From NCBI GenBank assembly GCA_965235115.1, contig OZ249436.1, forward strand, positions 1,242,001-1,306,000: DNA of 64,000 nucleotides. The letters run 5' to 3'. The first letter of the stretch is position 1, and each line of letters opens with the position of its first letter. This document shows positions 12,873 through 26,001 of this stretch, piece after piece. The notes beneath the pieces were generated by a model that did no database searches, had not been told where the DNA came from, and saw only the letters and a list, made by a program, of their open reading frames with translations. A program made the translations under genes and the position numbers. Source of the DNA: Laetmonice hystrix. Lineage: Eukaryota.

Positions 12873-13441
12873 TTTACAGCTTTCTGTTAGCCATCACCGG
12901 GCCTAACATCAAGCGGATGCGTATGGTAAGGCACCGGGGACCAGGCTAACCATCTTGCTTGTTGGTTTGTGCGCGATCCCAGATTGATCACATGACCGAC
13001 CCGTACCACCTAGTGTCAATCTCGATAACTAAAAACGCCCCCCCCCCCGACGGCAAAGTTGGCTATGCGACCACAAGCGAGTCATGCGAAAATTTCTAAA
13101 CGTTTGAATATTTTCGCTTTGCATTCTCATGGCCACGCGAATTCCCATGCGACATGAAAATCTCAACCGAACGCCTGATCCACTACAGCGATTTGCGCGC
13201 CGACAGCTCATGAGATCATGCGAATTCGGCGCGACGGCAAATTCGCAAGAAAAAGTACACATTTACGTTGGGATTTTGTCGGTTGGCATTCTCATGGCCA
13301 TGCGAATTCGCATGAGATCGTGCGAATCTCATGCGAACACCTGATCCACTACAGCGAAATTCGCGCCGACAGCTCATGAGATCATGCGAATTCGGCGCGA
13401 CTGCAAATTCGCAAGAAATTCGGCTTAGTGGATCTGGCACT

Positions 13442-16400
13442 TTACAGGGTCTCTGGCATTGATTGTGTTAGGATGGGAAAGTCGGCCCAGATGGTCCCTG
13501 AGCCCGTGCGAGTCTTACAGGGTCTCTGGCATTGATTGTGTTAGGATCGCGGAAAGTCGGCCCAGATGGTTCCTGAGCCCGTGCGAGTCTTACAGGGTCT
13601 CTGGCATTGATTGTGTTAGGATGGGAAAGTCGGCCCAGATGGTCCCTGAGCCCGTGCGAGTCTTACAGGGTCTCTGGCATTGATTGTGTTAGGATGGGAA
13701 AGTCGGCCCAGATGGTCCCTGAGTCCGTGCGAGTCTTACAGGGTCTCTGGCATTGATTGTGTTAGGATAGGAAAGTCGGCCCAGATGGTCCCTGAGCCGG
13801 TGCGAGTCTTACAGGGTCTCTGGCATTGATTGTGTTAGGATGGGAAAGTCGGCCCAGATGGTCCCTGAGCCCGTGCGAGTCTTACAGGGTCTCTGGCATT
13901 GATTGTGTTAGGATCGCGGAAAGTCGGCCCAGATGGTCCCTGAGCCCGTGCGAGTCTTACAGGGTCTCTGGCATTGATTGTGTTAGGATGGGAAAGTCGG
14001 CCCAGATGGTCCCTGAGCCCGTGCGAGTCTTACAGGGTCTCTGGCATTGATTGGTGTTAGGATCGCGGAAAGTCGGCCCAGATGGTCCCTGAGCCCGTGC
14101 GAGTCTTACAGGGTCTCTGGCATTGATTGTGTTAGGATCGCAGAAAGTCGGCCCAGATGGTCCCTGAGCCCGTGCGAGTCTTACAGGGTCTCTGGCATTG
14201 ATTGTGTTAGGATGGGACAGTCGGCCCAGATGGTCCCTGAGCCCGTGTGAGTCTTACAGGGTCTCTGGCATTGATTGTGTTAGGATGGGAAAGTCGGCCC
14301 AGATGGTCCCTGAGCCCGTGCGAGTCTTACAGGGTCTCTGGCATTGATTGTGTTAGGATCGCGGAAAGTCGGCCCAGATGGTTCCTGAGCCCGTGCGAGT
14401 CTTACAGGGTCTCTGGCATTGATTGTGTTAGGATGGGAAAGTCGGCCCAGATGGTCCCTGAGCCCGTGCGAGTCTTACAGGGTCTCTGGCATTGATTGTG
14501 TTAGGATGGGAAAGTCGGCCCAGATGGTCCCTGAGTCCGTGCGAGTCTTACAGGGTCTCTGGCATTGATTGTGTTAGGATAGGAAAGTCGGCCCAGATGG
14601 TCCCTGAGCCGGTGCGAGTCTTACAGGGTCTCTGGCATTGATTGTGTTAGGATGGGAAAGTCGGCCCAGATGGTCCCTGAGCCCGTGCGAGTCTTACAGG
14701 GTCTCTGGCATTGATTGTGTTAGGATCGCGGAAAGTCGGCCCAGATGGTCCCTGAGCCCGTGCGAGTCTTACAGGGTCTCTGGCATTGATTGTGTTAGGA
14801 TCGCGGAAAGTCGGCCCAGATGGTCCCTGAGCCCGTGCGAGTCTTACAGGGTCTCTGGCATTGATTGTGTTAGAATGGGAAAGTCGGCCCAGATGGTCCC
14901 TGAGTCCGTGCGAGTCTTACAGGGTCTCTGGCATTGATTGTGTTAGGATCGCAGAAAGTCGGCCCAGATGGTCCCTGAGTCCGTGCGAGTCTTACAGGGT
15001 CTCTGGCATTGATTGTGTTAGGATCGCAGAAAGTCGGCCCAGATGGTCCCTGAGCCCGTGTGAGTCTTACAGGGTCTCTGGCATTGATTTGTGTTAGGAT
15101 GGGAAAGTCGGCCCAGATGGTCCCTGAGCCCGTGCGAGTCTTACAGGGTCTCTGGCATTGATTGTGTTAGGATGGGAAAGTCGGCCCAGATGGTCCCTGA
15201 GCCCGTGCGAGTCTTACAGGGTCTCTGGCATTGATTGTGTTAGGATGGGAAAGTCGGCCCAGATGGTCCCTGAGCCCGTGCGAGTCTTACAGGGTCTCTG
15301 GCATTGATTGTGTTAGGATGGGAAAGTCGGCCCAGATGGTCCCTGAGCCCGTGCGAGTCTTACAGGGTCTCTGGCATTGATTGTGTTAGGATGGGAAAGT
15401 CAGCCCAGATGGTCCCTGAGCCCGTGCGAGTCTTACAGGGTCTCTGGCATTGATTGTGTTAGGATCGCGGAAAGTCGGCCCAGATTGTCCCTGAGCCCAT
15501 GCGAGTCTTACAGGGTCTCTGGCATTGATTGTGTTAGGATAGGAAAGTCGGCCCAGATGGTCCCTGAGTCCGTGCGAGTCTTACAGGGTCTCTGGCATTG
15601 ATTGTGTTAGGATGGGAAAGTCAGCCCAGATGGTCCCTGAGCCCGTGCGAGTCTTACAGGGTCTCTGGCATTGATTGTGTTAGGATCGCGGAAAGTCGGC
15701 CCAGATGGTCCCTGAGCCCGTGCGAGTCTTACAGGGTCTCTGGCATTGATTGTGTTAGGATCGCGGAAAGTCGGCCCAGATGGTCCCTGAGCCCGTGCGA
15801 GTCTTACAGGGTCTCTGGCATTGATTGTGTTAGGATCGGAAAGTCGGCCCAGATGGTCCCTGAGCCCGTGCGAGTCTTACAGGGTCTCTGGCATTGATTG
15901 TGTTAGGATCGCAGAAAGTCGGCCCAGATGGTCCCTGAGCCCGTGCGAGTCTTACAGGGTCTCTGGCATTGATTGTGTTAGGATAGGAAAGTCGGCCTAG
16001 ATGATCCCTGAGTCCGTGCGAGTCTTACAGGGTCTCTGGCATTGATTGTGTTAGCATCGCGGAAAGTCGGCCCAGATGGTCCCTGAGCCCGTGTGAGTCT
16101 TACAGGGTCTCTGGCATTGATTGTGTTAGGATCGCGGAAAGTCGGCCCAGATGGTCCCTGAGCCCGTGCGAGTCTTACAGGGTCTCTGGCATTGATTGTG
16201 TTAGGATCGGAAAGTCGGCCCAGATGGTCCCTGAGCTCGTGTGAGTCTTACAGGGTCTCTGGCATTGATTGTGTTAGGATGGGAAAGTCGGCCCAGATGG
16301 TCCCTGAGCCCGTGCGAGTCTTACAGGGTCTCTGGCATTGATTGTGTTAGGATGGGAAAGTCGGCCCAGATGGTCCCTGAGCCCGTGCGAGTCTTACAGG

Positions 16401-19400
16401 GTCTCTGGCATTGATTGGTGTTAGGATCGGGGAAAGTCGGCCCAGATGGTCCCTGAGCCCGTGCGAGTCTTACAGGGTCTCTGGCATTGATTGTGTTAGG
16501 ATGGGAAAGTCGGCCCAGATGGTCCCTGAGCCCGTGCGAGTCTTACAGGGTCTCTGGCATTGATTGTGTTAGGATCGGAAAGTCGGCCCAGATGGTCCCT
16601 GAGCCGGTGCGAGTCTTACAGGGTCTCTGGCATTGATTGTGTTAGGATGGGAAAGTCGGCCCAGATGGTCCCTGAGCCCGTGCGAGTCTTACAGGGTCTC
16701 TGGCATTGATTGTGTTAGGATGGGAAAGTCGGCCCAGATGGTCCCTGAGCCCGTGCGAGTCTTACAGGGTCTCTGGCATTGATTGTGTTAGGATCGGAAA
16801 GTCGGCCCAGATGGTCCCTGAGCCGGTGCGAGTCTTACAGGGTCTCTGGCATTGATTGTGTTAGGATGGGAAAGTCGGCCCAGATGGTCCCTGAGCCCGT
16901 GCGAGTCTTACAGGGTCTCTGGCATTGATTGTGTTAGGATGGGAAAGTCGGCCCAGATGGTCCCTGAGCCCGTGCGAGTCTTACAGGGTCTCTGGTATTG
17001 ATTGTGTTAGGATCGCGGAAAGTCGGCCCAGATGGTCCCAGAGCCCGTGCGAGTCTTACAGGGTCTCTGGCATTGATTGTGTTAGGATGGGAAAGTCGGC
17101 CCAGATGGTCCCTGAGCCCGTGCGAGTCTTACAGGGTCTCTGGCATTGATTGTGTTAGGATCGGGAAGTCGGCCCAGATGGTCCCTGAGCCGGTGCGAGT
17201 CTTACAGGGTCCCTGGCATTGATTGTGTTAGGATGGGAAAGTCGGCCCAGATGGTCCCTGAGCCCGTGCGAGTCTTACAGGGTCTCTGGCATTGATTGTG
17301 TTAGGATAGGAAAGTCGGCCCAGATGGTCCCTGTGCCGGTGCGAGTCTTACAGGGTCTCTGGCATTGATTGTGTTAGGATCGCGGAAAGTCGGCCCAGAT
17401 GGTCCCTGAGCCCGTGCGAGTCTTACAGGGTCTCTGGCATTGATTGTGTTAGGATCGCGGAAAGTCGGCCCAGATGGTCCCTGAGCCGGTGCGAGTCTTA
17501 CAGGGTCTCTGGCATTGATTGTGTTAGGATCGCGGAAAGTCGGCCCAGATGGTCCCTGAGCCGGTGCGAGTCTTACAGGGTCTCTGGCATTGATTGTGTT
17601 AGGATCAGAAAGTCGGCCCAGATGGTCCCTGAGCCCGTGCGAGTCTTACAGGGTCTCTGGCATTGATTGTGTTAGGATCGCAAAGTCGGCCCAGATGGTC
17701 CCTGAGCCCGTGCGAGTCTTACAGGGTCTCTGGCATTGATTGTGTTAGGATGGGAAAGTCGGCCCAGATGGTCCCTGAGCCCGTGCGAGTCTTACAGGGT
17801 CTCTGGCATTGATTGTGTTAGAATGGGAAAGTCGGCCCAGATGGTCCCTGAGCCCGTGCGAGTCTTACAGGGTCTCTGGCATTGATTGTGTTAGGATCGC
17901 GGAAAGTCGGCCCAGATGGTCCCTGAGCCCGTGCGAGTCTTACAGGGTCTCTGGCATTGATTGTGTTAGGATGGGAAAGTCGGCCCAGATGGTCCCTGAG
18001 CCCGTGTGAGTCTTACAGGGTCTCTGGCATTGATTGTGTTAGGATGGGAAAGTCGGCCCAGATGGTCGCTGAGCCCGTGCGAGTCTTACAGGGTCTCTGG
18101 CATTGATTGTGTTAGGATCGCGGAAAGTCGGCCCAGATGGTCCCTGAGCCCGTGCGAGTCTTACAGGGTCTCTGGCATTGATTGTGTTAGGATGGGAAAG
18201 TCGGCCCAGATGGTCCCTGAGCCCGTGCGAGTCTTACAGGGTCTCTGGCATTGAGTGTGTTAGGATGGGAAAGTCGGCCCAGATGGTCCCTGAGCCCGTG
18301 CGAGTCTTACAGGGTCTCTGGCATTGAGTGTGTTAGGATGGGAAAGTCGGCCCAGATGGTCCCTGAGCCCGTGCGAGTCTTACAGGGTCTCTGGCATTGA
18401 TTGTGTTAGGATCGCAGAAAGTCGGCCCAGATGGTCCCTGAGCCCGTGCGAGTCTTACAGGGTCTCTGGCATTGATTGTGTTAGGATGGGAAAGTCGGCC
18501 CAGATGGTCCCTGAGCCGGTGCGAGTCTTACAGGGTCCCTGGCATTGGTTGGTGTTAGGATGGGAAAGTCGGCCCAGATGGTCCCTTAACCCGTGCGAGT
18601 CTTACAGGGTCTCTGGCATTGATTGTGTTAGGATCGCGGAAAGTCGGCCCAGATGGTCCCTGAGCCCGTGCGAGTCTTACAGGGTCTCTGGCATTGATTG
18701 TGTTAGGATCGCGGAAAGTCGGCCCAGATGGTCCCTGAGCCGGTGCGCGTCTTACAGGGTCTCTGGCATTGATTGTGTTAGGATGGGAAAGTCGGCCCAG
18801 ATGGTCCCTGAGCCCGTGCGAGTCTTACAGGGTCCCTGGCATTGATTGTGTTAGGATGGGAAAGTCGGCCCAGATGGTCCCTGAGCCCGTGCGAGTCTTA
18901 CAGGGTCTCTGGCATTGATTGTGTTAGGATCGCGGAAAGTCGGCCCAGATGGTCCCTGAGCCCGTGCGAGTCTTACAGGGTCTCTGGCATTGATTGTGTT
19001 AGGATGGGAAAGTCGGCCCAGATGGTCCCTGAGCCCGTGTGAGTCTTACAGGGTCCCTGGCATTGATTGTGTTAGGATGGGAAAGTCGGCCCAGATGGTC
19101 CCTGAGCCCGTGTGAGTCTTACAGGGTCTCTGGCATTGATTGTGTTAGGATGGGAAAGTCGGCCCAGATGGTCCCTGAGCCCGTGTGAGTCTTACAGGGT
19201 CTCTGGCATTGATTGTGTTAGGATAGGAAAGTCGGCCCAGATGGTCCCTGAGCCGGTGCGAGTCTTACAGGGTCTCTGGCATTGATTGTGTTAGGATGGG
19301 AAAGTCGGCCCAGATGGTCCCTGAGCCCGTGTGAGTCTTACAGGGTCTCTGGCATTGATTGTGTTAGGATCGCGGAAAGTCGGCCCAGATGGTCCCTGAG

Positions 19401-20917
19401 CCCGTGCGAGTCTTACAGGGTCTCTGGCATTGATTGTGTTAGGATGGGAAAGTCGGCCCAGATGGTCCCTGAGCCCGTGCGAGTCTTACAGGGTCTCTGG
19501 CATTGATTGTGTTAGGATGGGAAAGTCGGCCCAGATGGTCCCTGAGTCCGTGCGAGTCTTACAGGGTCTCTGGCATTGATTGTGTTAGGATGGGAAAGTC
19601 GGCCCAGATGGTCCCTGAGCCCGTGCGAGTCTTACAGGGTCTCTGGCATTCATTGTGTTAGGATGGGAAAGTCGGCCCAGATGGTCCCTGAGCCCGTGCG
19701 AGTCTTACAGGGTCTCTGGCATTGATTGTGTTAGGATCGCGGAAAGTCGGCCCAGATGGTCCCTGAGCCCGTGCGAGTCTTACAGGGTCTCTGGCATTGA
19801 TTGTGTTAGGATGGGAAAGTCGGCCCAGATGGTCCCTGAGCCCGTGCGAGTCTTACAGGGTCTCTGGCATTGATTGGTGTTAGGATCGCGGAAAGTCGGC
19901 CCAGATGGTCCCTGAGCCCGTGCGAGTCTTACAGGGTCTCTGGCATTGATTGTGTTAGGATCGCAGAAAGTCGGCCCAGATGGTCCCTGAGCCCGTGCGA
20001 GTCTTACAGGGTCTCTGGCATTGATTGTGTTAGGATAGGAAAGTCGGCCCAGATGGTCCCTGAGTCCGTGCGAGTCTTACAGGGTCTCTGGCATTGATTG
20101 GTGTTAGGATCGCAGAAAGTCGGCCCAGATGGTCCCTGAGCCCGTGCGAGTCTTACAGGGTCTCTGGCATTGATTGTGTTAGGATCGCGGAAAGTCGGCC
20201 CAGATGGTCCCTGAGCCCGTGCGATTCTCACAGGGTCTCTGGCATTGATTGGTGTTAGGATGGGAAAGTCGGCCCAGATGGTCCCTGAGCCCGTGCAAGT
20301 CTTACAGGGTCTCTGGCATTGATTGTGTTAGGATCGCGGAAAGTCGGCCCAGATGGTCCCTGAGCCCGTGTGAGTCTTACAGGGTCTCTGGCATTGATTG
20401 TGTTAGGATGGGAAAGTCGGCCCAGATGGTCCCTGAGCCCGTGCGAGTCTTACAGGGTCTCTGGTATTGATTGTGTTAGGATCGCGGAAAGTCGGCCCAG
20501 ATGGTCCCTGAGCCCGTGCGAGTCTTACAGGCTCTCTGGCATTGATTGTGTTGGGATCGCAGAAAGTCGGCCCAGATGGTCCCTGAGCCCGTGCGAGTCT
20601 TACAGGGCCTCTGGCATTGATTGTGTTAGGATCGGAAAGTCGGCCCAGATGGTCCCTGAGCCCGTGCGAGTCTTACAGGGTCTCTGGCATTGATTGTGTT
20701 AGGATCGCGGAAAGTCGGCCCAGATGGTCCCTGAGCCCGTGTGAGTCTTACAGGGTCTCTGGCATTGATTGTGTTAGGATGGGAAAGTCGGCCCAGATGG
20801 TCCCTGAGCCCGTGCGAGTCTTACAGGGTCTCTGGTATTGATTGTGTTAGGATCGCGGAAAGTCGGCCCAGATGGTCCCTGAGCCCGTGCGAGTCTTACA
20901 GGCTCTCTGGCATTGAT
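13442..20917. repeat. 73/75-bp satellite, right segment (~100 copies)
   Basis: Same unit as 8170-8802; highly homogeneous, with multi-monomer block duplications. Confidence 0.97.
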
Positions 20918-21764
20918 TCGTGTTTTGATGGTCACATTTCACGACTACCTGATGCGCAAGGAGCTATTCAAATGTCGGTATTGATTATGGCCTGTTGAGC
21001 CTTTCGTACCTCGCCAACACCAATATACGGTCAGGCGGGATTCCGCGGTGGGACAGCCAGGAATCCCCGTCTCTACCTCAGCTGTCCGCAGTATTGATAC
21101 AGGCTCAGTAATTCATCACGAATCGACTGGTGAAACTGACTCCAAGGCCAAGGCGGGAACTATAAAATAACCAATCTGAATATAGCGGGAATCTAGACAC
21201 TGATCGCAATGCAGATACCCACATCGCCCCAACCATAACGCTGCAGCACGTAGAACGAAGGATTGACGTGCAATGCTCCTCCCGCCTAGTCCCTGGTTCT
21301 ATCATGCTGCAGTAATATTAGAGAAGAGATTAATGATATTGATATTCGATAGAATTGACTTCTGTTTAATTCGGTGATTTTGTACTCAGGTTACAAGGAA
21401 GGACTCTATCCCCACCGTGTACGGGCAGAATGCTCAAACCGCTCATATTTGAGAAGTTTAGAGAAACTCATACGAAACCCTACTCGATTCTAACCCCGGC
21501 CAGAAGATAACTGCTGATTTATACCAACTCTGCCGTCGCTACCTTCCTAAAAAAACGTTTTCCCGAAGAAGTAGGAGAATGGTTCCTCCACTCACGCAAT
21601 ATCTCCCCAGATAAGACCCAGGCTGTTCAAGAATGGGGTACGAAATCCATCTGTCACTGGCTACAGAAAGAATTACATGACGATTTTCTGGGGTAAAAGT
21701 TATAGATATAAGGCTCAACCCAGGTAACTTTCACATTGTACCGAAAGGGAACATTGTAATGTAG

Positions 21765-21973
21765 GCCCTAGGTAACTGAAATTGAATCCATGTCCCAAGA
21801 TTACTGGTCCCCGTCACAGGGTTCCGGTGTCACATCGAAAACTGACCCCCGTGGTAAATTGACCCCCGGTGTAACGATTTCAAGTTCCCCCCTCATTCAA
21901 GTTCCCCCCCCCCCCCGGGGTCACTTTACCACATCACACCGGTATCAACGCCTAAGCTAATTCCACCACCGCC
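21765..21973 (-). mobile_element. Possible degenerate tRNA-derived SINE head, split by a mini-MITE
   Basis: Minus strand without the insert reads GGCGGTGGTGGAATTAGCTTAGGCGTT..GACCAGTAATCTTGGGACATGGATTCAATTTCAG (A-box-like and B-box-like spacing); degenerate. Confidence 0.3.
21824..21942. mobile_element. Mini-MITE (~119 bp) with imperfect ~26-bp TIRs
   Basis: CCGGTGTCACATCGAAAACTGACCCC vs reverse complement of right end CCGGTGTGATGTGGTAAAGTGACCCC. Confidence 0.55.
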
Positions 21974-22494
21974 AGCTTTTCTATGTTTTGGTGGTGAAGC
22001 AAGACAATGGATCCTCGATCTCAGTGATTGAGAGTTGGTGTTCATGTTATAGAAGGCTCGTGCCAACCTGAAGAAGGTCTTACCTGTCGGTGTGCCAGCT
22101 CGGCCCTACTTACCGGCAGGACTAGCATTGTGGCAGGTTTAACACGCTACTCTTACAAGGTTTTCATGAGAAGGATGCCAACTCAATTAAGCTCAAGTGT
22201 AACCCAAACTTCCGACTAATTTACGTTCAATGGCAAGTAGTGAAACTGAGTAGACCGAATCCTCCTCGACCGTGGAACAAGGCAAAGGTTCATTTCACGG
22301 AAATAAAAACAGACATTTCCATTCGGAGACACATAATATTGATGAAATGTTCTTCCCCTGAGCAGCTGAAAATTGTTCTAATCCAAATAGGCAATAATAA
22401 TTCTGATGGCGAGAGATACGGTCATCGGCATTGCTGCTCCTCGCTCTCGTCATGTCGTTATAGGGCGCTTGGTCCCGATAATCGACGTTCTGTG

Positions 22495-22558
22495 TGTAAT
22501 GTTGGTCACAGCCAATGTAATGTTGGTCACAGTCAATGTAATGTTGGTCACAGTCAAT
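22495..22558. repeat. 21-bp unit x3
   Basis: TGTAATGTTGGTCACAG(C/T)CAA repeated. Confidence 0.9.
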
Positions 22559-22840
22559 GAACCTAGCCATGGCATCGGTTAAAAAAATCATCATGTTTAC
22601 TCACCGCCGACCACACGGTGCATACCGCACGCCGCTAGCTTCGATTTCTACCACAGTTAATTGCAGACTGTGACGATGTTGTTGTCCCACCAGTTTGCCG
22701 CTGCTCCGTTGAGGTCTTGCAGGAAGACGGGGAGGTGTTTTTATATATCTAAGGACAGTGAGAGAGAAACCGAATCTAGCTTACCCAACATACGGGCGTC
22801 ATCACTTTATAACAAGTCGATGTCGATGTGGAAACCGCCT

Positions 22841-24420
22841 CGGTTAACGCCCCAGGGTAGGCCTGTATAGAAACAGATAAACTGTGAGAGTTGTGTACGG
22901 TAACTGATCCATCGGTTAATGTACCAGGGTAGGCCTGTATATAAACACATAAACTGTGACAGTTGTGTACGGTAACTGAGCCATTGGTTAATGTACCAGG
23001 GTAGGCCTGTATATAAACACATAAACTGTGACAGTTGTGTACGGTAACTGAGCCATCGGTTACTGTACCAGGGTAGGCCTGTATATAAACACATAAACTG
23101 TGACAGTTGTGTACGGTAACTGAGCCATCGGTTAATGTACCAGGGTAGGTCTGTATAGAAACAGATAAACTGTGAGAGTTGTGTACGGTAACTGAGCCAT
23201 CGGTTACTGTACCAGGGTAGGCCTGTATATAAACACATAAACTGTGACAGTTGTGTACGGTAACTGAGCCATTGGTTAATGTACCAGGGTAGGCCTGTAT
23301 ATAAACACATAAACTGTGACAGTTGTGTACGGTAACTGAGCCATCGGTTAATGTACCAGGGTATAGGTCTGTATATAAACACATAAACTGTGAGAGTTGT
23401 GTACGGTAACTGAGCCATCGGTTAATGTACCAGGGTAGGCCTGTATATAAACACATAAACTGTGACAGTTGTGTACGGTAACTGAGCCATTGGTTAATGT
23501 ACCAGGGTAGGCCTGTATATAAACACATAAACTGTGACAGTTGTGTACGGTAACTGAGCCATCGGTTAATGTCCCAGGGTAGGCCTGTATATAAACACAT
23601 AAACTGTGACAGTTGTATACGGTAACTGAGCCGTACAGTTGTGTACGGTAACTGAGCCATCGGTTAATGTACCAGGGTATAGGCCTGTATATAAACACAT
23701 AAACTGTGACAGTTGTGTACGGTAACTGAGCCATTGGTTAATGTACCAGGGTAGGCCTGTATATAAACACATAAACTGTGACAGTTGTGTACGGTAACTG
23801 AGCCATTGGTTAATGTACCAGGGTAGGTCTGTATATAAACACATAAACTGTGACAGTTGTGTACGGTAACTGAGCCATCGGTTAATGTACCAGGGTAGGT
23901 CTGTATATAAACACATAAACTGTGACAGTTGTGTACGGTAACTGAGCCATCGGTTAATGTACCAGGGTAGGCCTGTATATAAACACATAAACTGTGACAG
24001 TTGTGTACGGTAACTGAGCCATCGGTTAATGTACCAGGGTAGGCCTGTATATAAACACATAAACTGTGACAGTTGTGTACGGTAACTGAGCCATTGGTTA
24101 ATGTACCAGGGTAGGTCTGTATATAAACACATAAACTGTGACAGTTGTGTACGGTAACTGAGCCATCGGTTAATGTACCAGGGTAGGTCTGTATATAAAC
24201 ACATAAACTGTGACAGTTGTGTACGGTAACTGAGCCATCGGTTAATGTACCAGGGTAGGCCTGTATATAAACACATAAACTGTGACAGTTGTGTACGGTA
24301 ACTGAGCCATCGGTTAATGTACCAGGGTAGGCCTGTATATAAACACATAAACTGTGACAGTTGTGTACGGTAACTGAGCCATTGGTTAATGTCCCAGGGT
24401 AGGCCTGTATATAAACACAT
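22841..24420. repeat. Tandem array, 72-bp unit, ~22 copies, degenerate tail to ~24500
   Basis: CCAGGGTAGGCCTGTATATAAACACATAAACTGTGACAGTTGTGTACGGTAACTGAGCCATCGGTTAATGTA; long minus-strand ORFs occur in two frames and are repeat artefacts. Confidence 0.97.
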
Positions 24421-25547
24421 TGAAAGACGACAAATAGTCCTAATATACCGATAGTAACAACAGTTGACATAGCAGTTGCGTACGGTAACTGAACCATCGC
24501 TCACTCTCATTGCTTATTGTGGCCCAGCGTCTGACGGTCACCACCACAAACACCCGTGGCGTCCGTGGCTAATTAAAGCTGACGAGATGACGGGCTCCCT
24601 CACATCGGCTGAAGATGGAGGACTTGAAAGGATTGGTGGCCGCACGAGTTATAGTGAGAGTATGCATACCGGTCCTCTACAGGCAAACCGTCGGAAACGT
24701 CAACTGTTGCGTTATGAATTGCTTCTGGATAGTCAGCTGAAGCCGTAGCTCTGGATGCAGGCCTGCAGGTCAAGACACCAGGCCTCCATAGGGATTTCAT
24801 ATTAATGTGTTTGCTTATATTTTCGATCTGTTTTTCCAATATTTACATAGGAGATTGAATTGTAAATTAAGCCACTGGCACAGAACTTTTAGCATGCAGG
24901 TCACGTTACGAATGGCCTTCTAGACGATAGAGCCAAGTTTGACTATTGATTTTTAATTCCTTCATAACATGTACGGCTAATATAGCATGGAAAAGAGCGT
25001 TGGCATTGTGTACTCTCACTTGACAACATGGAGCATGATCTACAGTAGCGGATTACAATGGAAAAATCCGATATTATCTTCACTATGCAATGGACAGTGA
25101 TCGCACAATTATTAGGTATATAATAAATATTATATAAAGATGCCAACTTTATTCGGATACTTGGCTTGAGAAAAACATATCTATTATCATATCAGGCAGT
25201 GATCTTATAATATCTAGGTCGTGACATTGCCATAGTAACTCAGTTCTGACAGTGACCTTCCACTTGGACTTTTAACCCAATCCAGTAAGCAAATGATGAT
25301 AATGATAAATAAATAATGATAAAATAAAACCGTTGGGAGGTGGGGGGGGGGGATGCTGTTCCGGCTAGATATGTCCGAACGGCTAGTTATGTCCGAGAGG
25401 ATATATGTCCGAAAATATCAGCTAGATATGTCCGGTAATCCGGATCTGTCCGCAAATATCAGATAGATATGTCCGGTAATCCGGATCTGTCCGCAAATAT
25501 CAGATAGACATGTCCGGTAATCCGGATATGTCCGCAAATATCAACTA

Positions 25548-25850
25548 GAGGGTAGGGTTCACTAGTCCGAAAGTTCACTAGTCCCAGGGTTCACTAATCC
25601 GAAGTGGGCAATAGGCAACCCTAACCCAAAAAAAAACAAATATAACTAACCCTAAACCTAACCTTAACTCTAACCCATATAGGGGATTGGTCTGTCGCAC
25701 CACTGGGCTGTCGGACTAACCCCCCCTGAGGTTAACACCATATTTGCCCCATGTTCCCCTGCCATTGCCTACTGTCAACTTCGGACTAGTGAACCCTCGG
25801 ACTAGTGGCCCCCCACTGGTGGCCCCCATGGACTAGTAGGTAGTTCCCCA
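25548..25850. mobile_element. Nested MITE with inverted GGGTTCACTAGTCCGA subrepeats and a CCCTAA-like core
   Basis: GTTCACTA(G/A)TCC x3 on the left and GGACTAGT x3 on the right; centre CCCTAACCC..CTAACCCTAAACCTAACCTTAACTCTAACCC. Interrupts the 41-bp repeats of the host element. Confidence 0.65.
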
Positions 25851-26001
25851 GCTGGATGTGTCCGGTAATCTGGATGTGTCCGCAAATGTCAGCTAGATAT
25901 GTCCGGTAATCTGGATATGTCCGCAAAAGTCAGCTAGATGTGTCCGCTACCGGACACATCTAGCTGATATTTGCGGACATATCCATTTCTTCGGACATAT
26001 G

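Larger units (their letters stand above)
8803..13441. mobile_element. PIF/Harbinger-type DNA transposon, 4639 bp, non-autonomous (MADF gene only)
   Basis: TTA duplicated at 8800-8802 and 13442-13444; removing the element plus one TTA restores the satellite monomer GTCTTACAGGG. TIRs: TGGGTCAGATCCACTAAGGCG vs reverse complement of right end AGTGCCAGATCCACTAAGCCG (17/21). Dense subterminal TGCGAAT/ATTCGCA and ATCCACTACAGCGA repeats; Myb/SANT-type gene inside. Confidence 0.92.

Noticed and set aside
21512..21697. Possible Gypsy pol remnant (ISPDKTQAVQEW)
   Set aside because: A single short resemblance with no flanking RT/RNase H motifs or LTRs; likely chance.
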